DNA of 41,761 nucleotides from Chrysochromulina tobinii. Taxonomy: Eukaryota. This document shows positions 27,801-37,929 of the stretch, piece by piece (position 1 is the stretch's first letter; the number at the start of each line of letters is the position of its first letter). The notes under the pieces are model-generated. The model was not told the DNA's origin. It worked only from the letters and a program-made list of their open reading frames with translations, and did no database searches. The stretch spans positions 1-41,761 of the forward strand of contig JWZX01002622.1 in assembly GCA_001275005.1 (NCBI GenBank), in the 5' to 3' direction. Made by a program: the position numbers and the translations under genes.

Positions 27801-29693
27801 AGCGCGTGCGTCCGACACGGCCTCTGTCTACTCTGACTCCACCTACTCGAGTGCTGTCACGAGCGCCGCTAGCAAGGCGCCAGCTGGGCCGGGGCCGGCC
27901 CAGGGAGGGGCGAGGCGGGCTGGAGCGAGCGGAGGCGGTGGCTACATGCAATCTCGAAGTCATCTCGGAGGCGGCTACATGCCTCTTGTCGACGAGGAGC
28001 CGGTAGAGGATGCCGGGCTCGGTTGGTTCCAACGAGCCTTGGGGGAGGGGGCAAAGCCGGCAGAGGATGCCGGGCTTGGCTGGTTCAAACGATCTGTTGT
28101 GCCTGTAGACCCCCTCCTCGTCAACAATGTGGGGGAGGAGGCGGAAACGCAAGGGCCGTTCGAAAGCTCCGAGCCTGGAGCCGAGCCTGGCGAGCTTCCG
28201 GATGGCGCCGAGATGGGCGCGCTCGTGTCCTCGGCGCTCTCCAGCCCGCGTAGCTCGTCGAGCTCGACCAATCTCGGAGTGATCTCGAACGGCTCGTATG
28301 CGAAGCCCCCCCCGAAGGGCTGGAGGCCCGTACAGGCGCGTGAGCCTGATGATGCGGATCATCGGATTCCATGGGTGGAGGGGCTGACAAGGGCGGACGC
28401 GGCCGCCACGTCTTCGGCGCATGCCGCCACCAGTGCGGCGTTCCCGGCGCTAACGGTCGACGAGCCCGTGCCCTCCGCAGCCGCCGCCGAGGGCACACTC
28501 GAGAGTTCCCAAAGCTCTTCCCACGCCGAGGGCACATTCGAGTCGGGGAGGAGGCAAGGGTCGGCGCCGAGCTCCTCGGCTGCATCTGCAGCCGGCTCGT
28601 CGGCTGCGATGGGCTCCTCGGCCTCGTGTATGTACCAGATTGGACGCGCCATCGCGCAGGTCTTCGGCTTCACGGCGCGTGACAACTTCGCGACAAACCG
28701 ACTCCTCTATCTTCTCAGCTGGGACATGTTCGCCTTCGGTGGGTGCGCGTCTGTGTTCGCACTGCTCTTGCTCATGCTGGCTCAGCAGTCGGCGAGCCTG
28801 CAACCCGATCGCAACCTGACACTGCCGATCGTGCTGCTCTCACCTTCCTTTTATGGCTCATGGAGAGTCGAGATCACCTTCTTCCTGGTGCGGCTCGTGT
28901 ACGCACTCTCAGCGCTCCCCTTTATGATCTTTCACCTGCCTTTTGTGCGCGACCTCCTCTCGCACACTTTCGCGACGGGCTACACGAAGCGCGGCGTGTG
29001 CGTCGCCTACGATCGGAGCGGCCTCAGCGCCTTTATAGAGTGGCTCGATCAGTTCCTCCAGCTGCCAGCGGCTCAGGTACTTAGCACCAAGGAGCGCGCG
29101 AAGATCGAGAAAGCCCTGACTGTGGCGCGAGAGTGCCTCGTGGACGAGGATGGCGGCGAGCTCGAGCGCCCGCCGCCGAAGCAGGTGACCACGCGACATA
29201 GAGCGGACCTCATCAGTGCGCTCGAGGCGATCGTGCCGCCCACGCACCCGCTCTTCCCACAGCTCTTTCCCGAGCGACAGATTTGCCTTGAGTACGCGGA
29301 GCGCGTGCGTCACGAGGCGGCCCGTAAGCGCGAGGGCGCTGTGAAAGCGGCCCGGAGCACGAGCCAGACTGCGTTCAAGAGCTGGGAGGAGCACCAGTCT
29401 TCCAAGTATGGAGAGGCGTGGCAGTCTTCCTCGCGCATGCAACTGCTCACTACGGCGCCTCTCCTCCCCACAGGTATGGAGTGGCGTGGCAGCGCGACAG
29501 CGAGGCGACCAACTGCACGCTGTGTGACAGCGCCTTCCACCTGCTTTTGAGGCGGCGCCATCACTGCCGGCTGTGCGGTCGGCTCGTTTGCGACCCGTGC
29601 TCCAAGTCGCGTCGTGTGCCACGTGGCAGCAGCAACAGTGCGAAGCCCGAGCGTGCATGTGATCGATGTGCGCAGGACACTGAAGACGCATGA
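24883..29693 (+). CDS. Large multi-pass membrane protein with C-terminal FYVE finger; exons 24883-26873, 26966-27125, 27379-29405, 29474-29693 (~1465 aa)
   Basis: Three frame-consistent GT-AG introns join the ORFs (LLYAYLPYDRSTW, DEYQ|LMQFIMALKG, SSKYGVAWQRD). Several hydrophobic segments. FYVE motifs WQRD, CTLC, RRHHCRLCG, VCDPC, RACDRC. Confidence 0.82.
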
Positions 29694-30429
29694 CAGTGAA
29701 GATGCGATGCGATCGTGGATGCGAAGATGGAGGCGGCGACGTCCTTGGCCTTGCGCCTTGCTCACGTACACGTCCCGCATCTTGGACGGCGGCAGCCGAA
29801 CGACGTGAGCGATGAAAGTGCTGCCGCGCGCGCCCGCCGCGGGTCAGAACTAAGTTACCCGCTGGACCAACTTTTTGATGGACCAACTTGTTGGTCTTTC
29901 GATCACCATACGTCGCCATTGAATCCTCGCGCGCGCCTCCCGCTGGCAGGCACACCGAACGCACCCCCACGCACACTATACAGTGCCCCCAAACCCGGCC
30001 GTCGAGCCCCTCGCGGCCTCGTTTCTCAATTCTTTCTCTTGGTATGAATGACGTCGATTTGTACTCGTTCATCCTGGGAGAGTCCTCGGTCGTGTGTGAC
30101 CTGACACCCGCGTGTCGATCCCTAACCCTCCGCTCGGTCCGGTCGAAAGTCGATTTTCGTTTGGGGGGTGGCGCCGCGGAAGGCGCTATGCCCCGTACGG
30201 CCTACATGCGCTATACACTGTTAATACACTGAACACGGTTTGTTATTCAGTACCGTGAGAAGCGAAAGCAGAAAACATTGCAGTCAGCACCGCAGAACGG
30301 TCCCAGCCGAACATAGCTGCACAGGTACGCATCTGCTGAAAGTAACCTGAATCGCTCCGTTCTTGGCATCGAGCGCTGAGATATCCGCTGTCGACCCGCC
30401 GATTGCGAGGAGCGTGGCAAGCCACTGTG

Positions 30430-32634
30430 TCAATCTGCCGGTTCGGCGGGCTGATACGCGAGTTGCACGTGGAAGACCCACGCGCATGAAGCTCGGCCAA
30501 GATCCTCTTCCCGATTGCAAGAGGCAAGAGTGCTCTTGCCGATGCCTTCGCGCCCGCTTTTGTGAGCTTCCTGTGCAAAGGACGCCTCAGCAGACCCACG
30601 AGGCACGACTCGCCAAGTACGCTGGCATTCTGCACAGTAATCAGGCTCGGGGTCACCTGCGCGACGACGCTTGCAGCTGAGCGCCTCACGCACAGCGTAG
30701 TTCATGCGGTTGTGTTGGTGCACAACAGAGATTGTAGCGTTGCGCATGTTGAGCACCACGCCGCGATGGTTGAGTAGGACATCTCGGCCGATCCTCATGC
30801 CTGCAGCGCCCGAGATGTACACCTCGTCGTATTGTAGCACACGCACCGGCACTGGGCGTGGCTGCCGAAGAAACTCGTTGTAGAGGAGCCAGATGTGGAT
30901 GCCTTGGTCGTAACCCTTAGCGAGCATCCAATTCTCCGTCTCCAACCGCGGAAGCCGTGGCACCAGCAGCCGATTGACCTCTGCGGCCATCCTCTCCAGG
31001 TACAAACTCATGCCTGTTCGCCGCCCCATCGTGTAGCCCGACGTGCTGACGTTGCGCATGCTGATCTGCTCGAGGCTCTTTCTGCCGTACAAGTTCACGA
31101 CCCAGTACTTGTTGCCGTGACTGCGGCCAATAATGTCCTTGTCGTTACCGAAGATGAGATCATCTTCGGGACCGATGCGCACAAAGGGATCCGCTTGGAA
31201 GACCACATCCGAGGCGTCGCTGACTGCCACCTTGTAAAATGTGCGCCCCTCGGGCCCTCGGAGATAGTCGGCGTACACATTGTACCGAAAGACTTGCGTG
31301 AAGCGCGAGTGGTTGTAGGAAGCAGGCCAAGGAACCAGCTTGATACGAGGATGTGGTGGATTGAAGACGGACACGGCCGAAGCTGGCCGAACAAAGAGCA
31401 CGAGAAGGGCATCGGGCACGTGCTTCAAGAAGGAGCAGATGAAGGGCAGGAACCTTGAGGGTGGGAAGCCGTCAAAGCTGACAGTGGCAAAAACTGCGTT
31501 TTGCATGGTTGGCCTGTCGTTGACCACGGTGCCGAAAACGAGAGCATCGTCCGGCTTTTGTTGGCCGGAGCGACGCCCCTTTCGAGTGGAGCGGTTCGGC
31601 ATGAGCATCTTGTCAAAGAGCTCGTAGATCGCAGCACGTTTGAAAATACGCGCAGGAGCGAATCGGTCCCCAAAAATGCGATGGCGCTCGGCGGCCAGTG
31701 CCTTCCGCTCAGCGGAGCTTAGGTTCGCAATTTGCCGATACGCGATAGCAATGCCCGTCAGGTTATCCCGTGTGATGTTTGCAAAGGTCAACAAGCCTGC
31801 GTACGCGTTCTCATCCTTGGGATAAGCGCGCTCGGAGATGACGAGGCCACCAGCATTGAGGATCTTGGTCACACGGAAGGTGATGGGGTTGTGCGGGTCG
31901 CCGCAACCCTTGTGGATGTTCAGAAAGATGTCGTGCTGCTGAAGCAGTTGCGCGTATTCTGCCTCGGTCCAGACGTCATCACGCCTGTACAATCCGTGGT
32001 TCCCGAGTAGGTCCGGCGATGCCAAGTGCCGAATGCACCAGTAGCGAGCTATGTAACCCATGTTCCGCGAGAACGAGCCGAGGAAGAAAAGCGGAGGTGG
32101 CAGTTGCGGGTGCCCCACCGAGTGCTTCACCGGCAGTGCTCCTAGAGGGACCCAACGTTGCACCGGCGCTTGCAAACTGCGCCGACAAACATCGATCGTA
32201 TGCCATGAAAAGTCCCATATCTCGTCGACAACATCACTCCTGAAAGCGCACTCATGCAGCGGCTCAGTTTGGTAAAAGACACTGAAAACTCTGCGTCGTC
32301 GCAGATTGGCCCACGGAACGTAGCGACGTCCAGCCTCGCCTACCCAAATAAAAAAGTCGCCGCGTCGCGTGATCTTTGACGCATTGGCGATCTCCTCAGC
32401 CGTAACGCTAGCATATGAGAAGCGGATGTTGCTCAGCCCCGCATATTGTTGCACGCCTGCAACCAAAGTCGACACCACCGGCTCGTAGATGGAGGCGAGC
32501 TTCAGATTGTGCCGACGGACTCCACGTGCCGACCATATGATCAGCGCCGGCGCGTCCGGCGTGCTCGCGAGTGTCGGCGGCGACATGGTGAACGCCTCCG
32601 CGCCGCGTCGAGTCCAGGCACGACCCTCCGCCAT
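30430..32634 (-). CDS. Putative two-domain glycosyltransferase-like protein
   Basis: 734-aa ORF. The N-half has YQTEP...FLNIHK...FRVTKIL..GGLVISE (GT-B-like C-terminal signature). The C-half has SDASDVVFQADPF, DQGIH and HQHNR (GT-A-like DxxD/DQG). Confidence 0.6.
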   Translation of the reverse strand: MAEGRAWTRRGAEAFTMSPPTLASTPDAPALIIWSARGVRRHNLKLASIYEPVVSTLVAGVQQYAGLSNIRFSYASVTAEEIANASKITRRGDFFIWVGEAGRRYVPWANLRRRRVFSVFYQTEPLHECAFRSDVVDEIWDFSWHTIDVCRRSLQAPVQRWVPLGALPVKHSVGHPQLPPPLFFLGSFSRNMGYIARYWCIRHLASPDLLGNHGLYRRDDVWTEAEYAQLLQQHDIFLNIHKGCGDPHNPITFRVTKILNAGGLVISERAYPKDENAYAGLLTFANITRDNLTGIAIAYRQIANLSSAERKALAAERHRIFGDRFAPARIFKRAAIYELFDKMLMPNRSTRKGRRSGQQKPDDALVFGTVVNDRPTMQNAVFATVSFDGFPPSRFLPFICSFLKHVPDALLVLFVRPASAVSVFNPPHPRIKLVPWPASYNHSRFTQVFRYNVYADYLRGPEGRTFYKVAVSDASDVVFQADPFVRIGPEDDLIFGNDKDIIGRSHGNKYWVVNLYGRKSLEQISMRNVSTSGYTMGRRTGMSLYLERMAAEVNRLLVPRLPRLETENWMLAKGYDQGIHIWLLYNEFLRQPRPVPVRVLQYDEVYISGAAGMRIGRDVLLNHRGVVLNMRNATISVVHQHNRMNYAVREALSCKRRRAGDPEPDYCAECQRTWRVVPRGSAEASFAQEAHKSGREGIGKSTLASCNREEDLGRASCAWVFHVQLAYQPAEPAD

Positions 32635-33545
32635 GTTGTCGCCTCTCCGCGGAACAACGACGCCAACGACTGAGCAAACCCCGCATCTGTTCTTCCTATG
32701 TCCCGGCTCCCCCCGGTGTCGCCCCCGGTGTCGTCAGCTCGTCACCTCTTTGCTAATCTTTCAATGCCGGTTTGTGCCGTGAAAAACAGCATGCGCTTTA
32801 AAACTCAGTCCATATTACCATATTCGATGGTGCTAGTTCAATTCGCGTTAATATGCGGGTCGTCCGGCGGGTACAGCGATGAAGTGAGAGTACAGGAGCG
32901 TATACAGAAACTGCTGTCTCGGAATTTGGAATCTGTATTTTGTCTTTCAATTTCCAAATCGCAGGGCGAGGTGCGCAAGTTGGATTCTGCATGGCGATAT
33001 CTGGATCTTGAAATCTGTCCAGGTTCCAAAACCCGCGGCGAGGCGCGGAATCTGGATTCTGGATGGCCCGCGCCGGTTCTTGGAAACTGGTAACTGTTCC
33101 CCCTTGTGTTTTGAACCGGTACCGCTCCTTTCTTGGGAACTCGGAATCTTGGAAAGTGGAAACTGCGATCACTTTACCGGTACTGTACCGTACGCCGCGG
33201 GGTATCCTTTACCCTTACAGTACTGTACATAGCGTACTGTACGGTACGTCGTACGTGTGTCCTGTGCGTGCGAGCATGCCGTCCCGGCTTCCCGCCGAGG
33301 TTTCTTCTTTCTTGACCAATTTCTTCTAACAATCTAAGTTCTATGTCAATCCGGTAAGTTGAATTTTAAAGTCGTTGAATGCGGCCGGGGACTCGAGGTG
33401 AACACGAAACGAAACCGGACACCGTTGAAACACCCGGGCATGAACACTCTTCATAAAGCCGAACACCCACCCACAGGTTAGAGGTTTTGATTGGGGGTCA
33501 CCCACAGATGCAAGGCGCTTCCCAAAAGGTCAGCCAGATGAGACA

Positions 33546-36500
33546 TTAGAAGACAGTCTGATGTGAGCTGAGTCTGTCAGTCGACAGGCGCTCGGACGAA
33601 ACGCGCTCCGACGACGGGCGCTCTGACGAAACGCGCTCCGACGACGGGCGCTCTGACGAAGTCCGACTGGACGAGGATTTGGGGAAGGCAGCTTCGAGCA
33701 TGTCGCTCGTCGACAGCCCCTTCCACTGGTCGAGCCGGTTGCTGTCGAACTCACCGAGGATGGATTCGTGAGCTGCGTCAGGCACTGCGCAGTGTTCGAA
33801 GTTGAGCTTCCTCTGGAGCACGAGGGCTCTGGGACCTGCCCGAGACGTGCACTTGCTGCTGGGTGCCGGGGTGCTGCACTGTGCCGTGCCTTTCTCGGAG
33901 TCGGATACGGAGGACTGCCCACCGTCGGCGTCAGCAACCTGTGCGAGCGTCAAGTACTGTTTTCCTTTCGCCTTGGCCGCACTCTTGGACGGCTTCAAGG
34001 CCGACTTGGGCGTGAGCTCCGAGGACGAGATCGATGAGGTTGACGAATGAGCCCCTGGCAGTCTGGACGGGGTCGAGATCGAACCTGGCGATCTGGAAGG
34101 GGTCGAGATCGAACCTGGCGATCTGGACGGGGTCGAGATCGAACCTGGCGATCTGGACGAGCTGGTCCCTGGCTGGCGTGACGTAGATGGGCTCTTCGTC
34201 TTCTTGAGGCGTGGAGTCCGAGAGGCCTTGAGGCGAGCCGACTTGAGCCGGGCGGTTTTGAGGCGGGCCGACTTTGAATGCTCATGCAAGCTCGTGATGC
34301 TCTTCGGGGGTGATCGTGCCCGCGCTTGGGCCGCTTCCACAGCTGCCTGGATCACGCTCAGTTCCTCCTCTCGTCTGGCGGAGCCGAGGCGTGCGAGCTC
34401 GTCTGCTTTGGACGGATGCGGCAACTGCGAGCGCCATGTGGGCGGCGCCCGCCCCTCGCGCTTCAGGTGGCTGAGCACACGCGTGGCCTCCTGCACACAG
34501 GCCTCATAGACGGGGTTACGGCTGTTCTGGTTGCCGGCGCCGGTGGCCTCGTTGAGAGCGCGAAGGAGCTGTGGGGAGAGGGGCGAGGCTCCGATTTGAG
34601 CACTTACACACTTACATGCAAGGCTAGGGCTTGGGGGTTGAGGGCAAAAAGGAGGAGCTGCGCGCACCTCCGCCGCCTCGGCGGTGGAGTAGCCGAGCCA
34701 GAGTCGCCCTTCTCGAGAGGGCGAGCGGGAGGGCGAGCGGGAGGAGCGTGCGGCCCCGCGTGCCGTCCCACGAGAGGACTGTGGGGAACGTGCGGACGTG
34801 CTCGAGGGGGAGCGCCTCGGCGGGGTGACGAACTCGAACTCGGTCTGGGGTTGATCTTCATCTTGTGGAGCCGCCTTACGGAGTGCCCCGCCTTTGCGCG
34901 GCGACGACAGATTGGTCGGCACCCAACTCGGCGCCTCAGTTGGCCCTCTTGGAGCGAGCTCGAACTGAGATCGCTCCTCCTCCTCCTCCGCGTCCTCCCA
35001 CTCTTGGCGGCCGTGCTCGGGCCGAGGATGGAGTGCCTTCGTAAGCGCCACGTGGGCATTCTGCATGCGCCGCTCGGGGATCACGTGCTCAGGCTCCTGC
35101 TTGCACGGGTGCCAGCCCAGCCAGCCTTCGTTCCTCGCGTCTCTCAGGTTGCTGAGGGTCTGCCGGTCCAGATCGCGTCTTCGAGCGTTCATCTCTTCGA
35201 GCGTCTCCTTGGCCTTGGCGCGCTCTTCCTCCGTCACTCGCAGCACACTCTCCAACCTCGCTGCCTTGAGAGCGGCCTGTACCTGCAATCAGAGGTCATC
35301 AGAGGTCATCAGAGGTCATCAGAGGTCATCAGAGGTCATCAGAGCTCTCCAATCTCGCAACCTTGAGAGCGGCCTGTACCTGCAATCGGGGGGAGGCACT
35401 CCGTTGCCATCAGAGACAATCAGGGGTGGCCAACAGACGCAGCCAGGGGCCATCAGAGGCCATCAGAGGCACTCCGAGCTGAGTGTACCTGCACTGGATC
35501 AGATGAGAGCTCGGCGACGGCGAGGTGTGCGCCCGTCCCGGCGCCCGTCACCGCCGTCACTGTGGGACTTCCGTGGTCAACGCTCGGCCCGCCCGCTTTC
35601 AACGCAATGTCGAGCGGCGACGCGCCCCACTTGTTCTGGATCGCCTTGTGGGCCCCATGATGCAGTAGCGTTCGGATCACGGCAGGGTTGTTCTTGCGAG
35701 CGGCCTCGTGAAGAGCAGTACTCCCATCGACGCTGACGAGATTGACGATCTCGACGCCGAGATTGCTTGCGAGCACGAGCAACGCGTTGCACACACCGAG
35801 GTGGCCTGCTCGCACCGCGTAGTGCAGCACGCTCAAACCGTACATATCCACTGCAGTGAGCACCTCCTTCGCGCTTGTATGGTTGCCAAGGCGGCCGCTG
35901 AAGCTTAAGACGAGGTCTAGAACGGGCAGCTTGCCGCTCTTGGCCGCCCAGTGCAGCGGCGTCTGTCCCAAGGTATCGGTCTGAGTCAGCATCTCCCCCC
36001 TCTGGGCAGGCCCGGCACTCTCGAGGATCTGACGGAGCGGTTTGAGGTGCGTTCCGGTGCGCATGCATAGCCACACGAGCAGCTTGCGCCCCTCCCTAAT
36101 ATGGGCAAGCATGGCTCGCCAGGTGTTGATCGCACGCCGCGGGGCAATACCGAGGAAGGCGCTCGCCGCTCGCCTCCGCGCACGCACTTTTCTCATGATC
36201 TCATTCAGGCCGGCCCAAAACCGGCGCGCGCCCCAAATGTATTCTTGCACTTGCTTCACCTTTTCAAGCTTGGCCACCAACGCGCGCTTCTCCTCGACCA
36301 ACTTGAGCCAGCGCCGCACGAGGTAGCACCTCTGATGATGCCGATCAGCGCGGTCGAGCATACTCTTGACTCGCAAGAGCTCCCTGAACCGCTCAAGCGC
36401 CTCGAGCTTCGCCGCACCTTCCGGGTCGACGATTCTGCGGAAGCCATCGCGCAATCGCTTGCGCTGGGCGGCCAGCTGCATGAACTCGACCCGCCACTTG

Positions 36501-36778
36501 TAAACCATCGCCCACTTGAGGACGAGCTCTTGCGCACTGCGTATCATCGATTTCCACTGCGTTGAGAGCTCCGCCCATTCTCCAAATGCTTTCAGTCCTT
36601 TCGCTTTCGCCCTCGACTTGTAGTCCCATCCTGACGCCCGCATACGCCGCTTGCCTTCGGTGATGTGGGCAAACATGCTCTGCCATCGACGCAGACGAAT
36701 GCGGGCCTCAAACCTGGCGGGCTCGTCAACGAAGAGCCACCATCGGATCGAGGTTGAGCATTGAGCTGCAACTTCCAT
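33546..36778 (-). CDS. Ankyrin-repeat protein with helical W/R-rich N-terminus and Ser-rich tail; exons 36778-35489, 35282-34668, 34568-33546; 5' end possibly incomplete
   Basis: Ankyrin motifs GQTPLHWAA, GLSVLHYAV, GSTALHEAA and GASPLDIA. Phase-0 introns at 35488-35283 and 34667-34569. Confidence 0.78.
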
Positions 36779-37140
36779 TATCCGTCGAAGAGCGAACTCC
36801 TTGGAAGAGACCTTATGGCACCTTCTGCCACCTTAGCAGGGCGCGCTTCGCGATGTTCGTCGCGGTGAAACTTGAAACTTGAGCAGAAACTTGAAACTTG
36901 GGGAGGTTAGTCAGATTCAGTGAGATCCGTGTGTACCGTGCCCCGTTTTTTTTGTTTCAAAAACACCGGTACATGTAGGAGGCAGACACACGAACCTGCA
37001 ACCTCAGAACCAACCCCAGAGCCCAGACGCCACCTTCGACACCGACTCACGCGCCAGGCACCCGTATGTACAAAACCCTGAGGCCCCGGCCAACCTGAAG
37101 AGTGGTGTTGGTGAAACGTGTGCTGTCAGTGTGTGATTTC

Positions 37141-37288
37141 TAACAGTAACTTAACAGTAACTTAACAGTAACAGTAACTTAACAGTAACTTAACAGTAAC
37201 TTAACAGTAACTTAACAGTAACTTAACAGTGTAACATAACAGTTTAACATAACAGTTTAACATAACAGTAGTGAGTAGATAACAGTAA
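37141..37288. repeat. AT-rich 11-nt tandem repeat (TAACAGTAACT)n grading into 13-nt TAACATAACAGTT
   Basis: Direct tandem array. Confidence 0.93.
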
Positions 37289-37774
37289 CACACATCGACA
37301 TCCTGGGTTTCCTGGCCACACAGCCTTGACCCAAGGGGGAGTGGTCCACTTATTTTTCATGTATTTATAAGCGCCCCACACGCCACAGCCACACCGCCTA
37401 GAGCCCCTACTGCCTACACCTGTTTGGGAATTGAATGGGCCAATAGATAGCGCATCGCCGCCGCATGGCATTTTGGCATACTTAGCCCGCGCCGCGGTAC
37501 AGAGCTCAGACGCTCACACACGACACAGGGACGTCACACGTCAGAGGTCGAGACCGGTCAGTTGGCCGCGACAACGCAACAGTTACAGTACAGTATTTTA
37601 CAGTCAACGTGGAAAGCGCGGGCCACGATTCGCGACATCGCGAAACTGTACACGGAGCCCGAGATCGAGCGCATTCGGCGCCTGTCGTGCGACACATCAA
37701 AGCCGCGGTGACCGGTGAGATGGGGACAAGTGATCAACAAGCCATCTCCGCCTCCGCCCTTACTCAGCCTTGCT

Positions 37775-37928
37775 TGTGGGATGATGGCAAAAGCCTAGCG
37801 TCGCTTGCCATCATCCCATAAGGGGCGCACGAGCTTGACCGCAAGGCTTTCTCGAGACGAATGACAAGCCTAGCGTCGCTTGTTCATTCGTCTCGAGAAA
37901 GCTTTGAGGTCAATCTCGTGCGCCCCTT
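37775..37928. other. Two abutting inverted repeats (hairpins) with the same apical sequence
   Basis: TGGGATGATGGCAA/TTGCCATCATCCCA (37777-37818) and a ~50-bp stem (37820-37928); both enclose AAGCCTAGCGTCGCTT. Confidence 0.88.
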
Positions 37929-37929
37929 C

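Noticed and set aside
30118..30130. CCCTAACCCT telomere-like motif
   Set aside because: Fewer than two full units, so not meaningful.
32760..33490. Lower-GC intergenic block with short internal repeats (TGGATTCTG, TACTGTAC) as a possible MITE
   Set aside because: I could not identify terminal inverted repeats or a target-site duplication.
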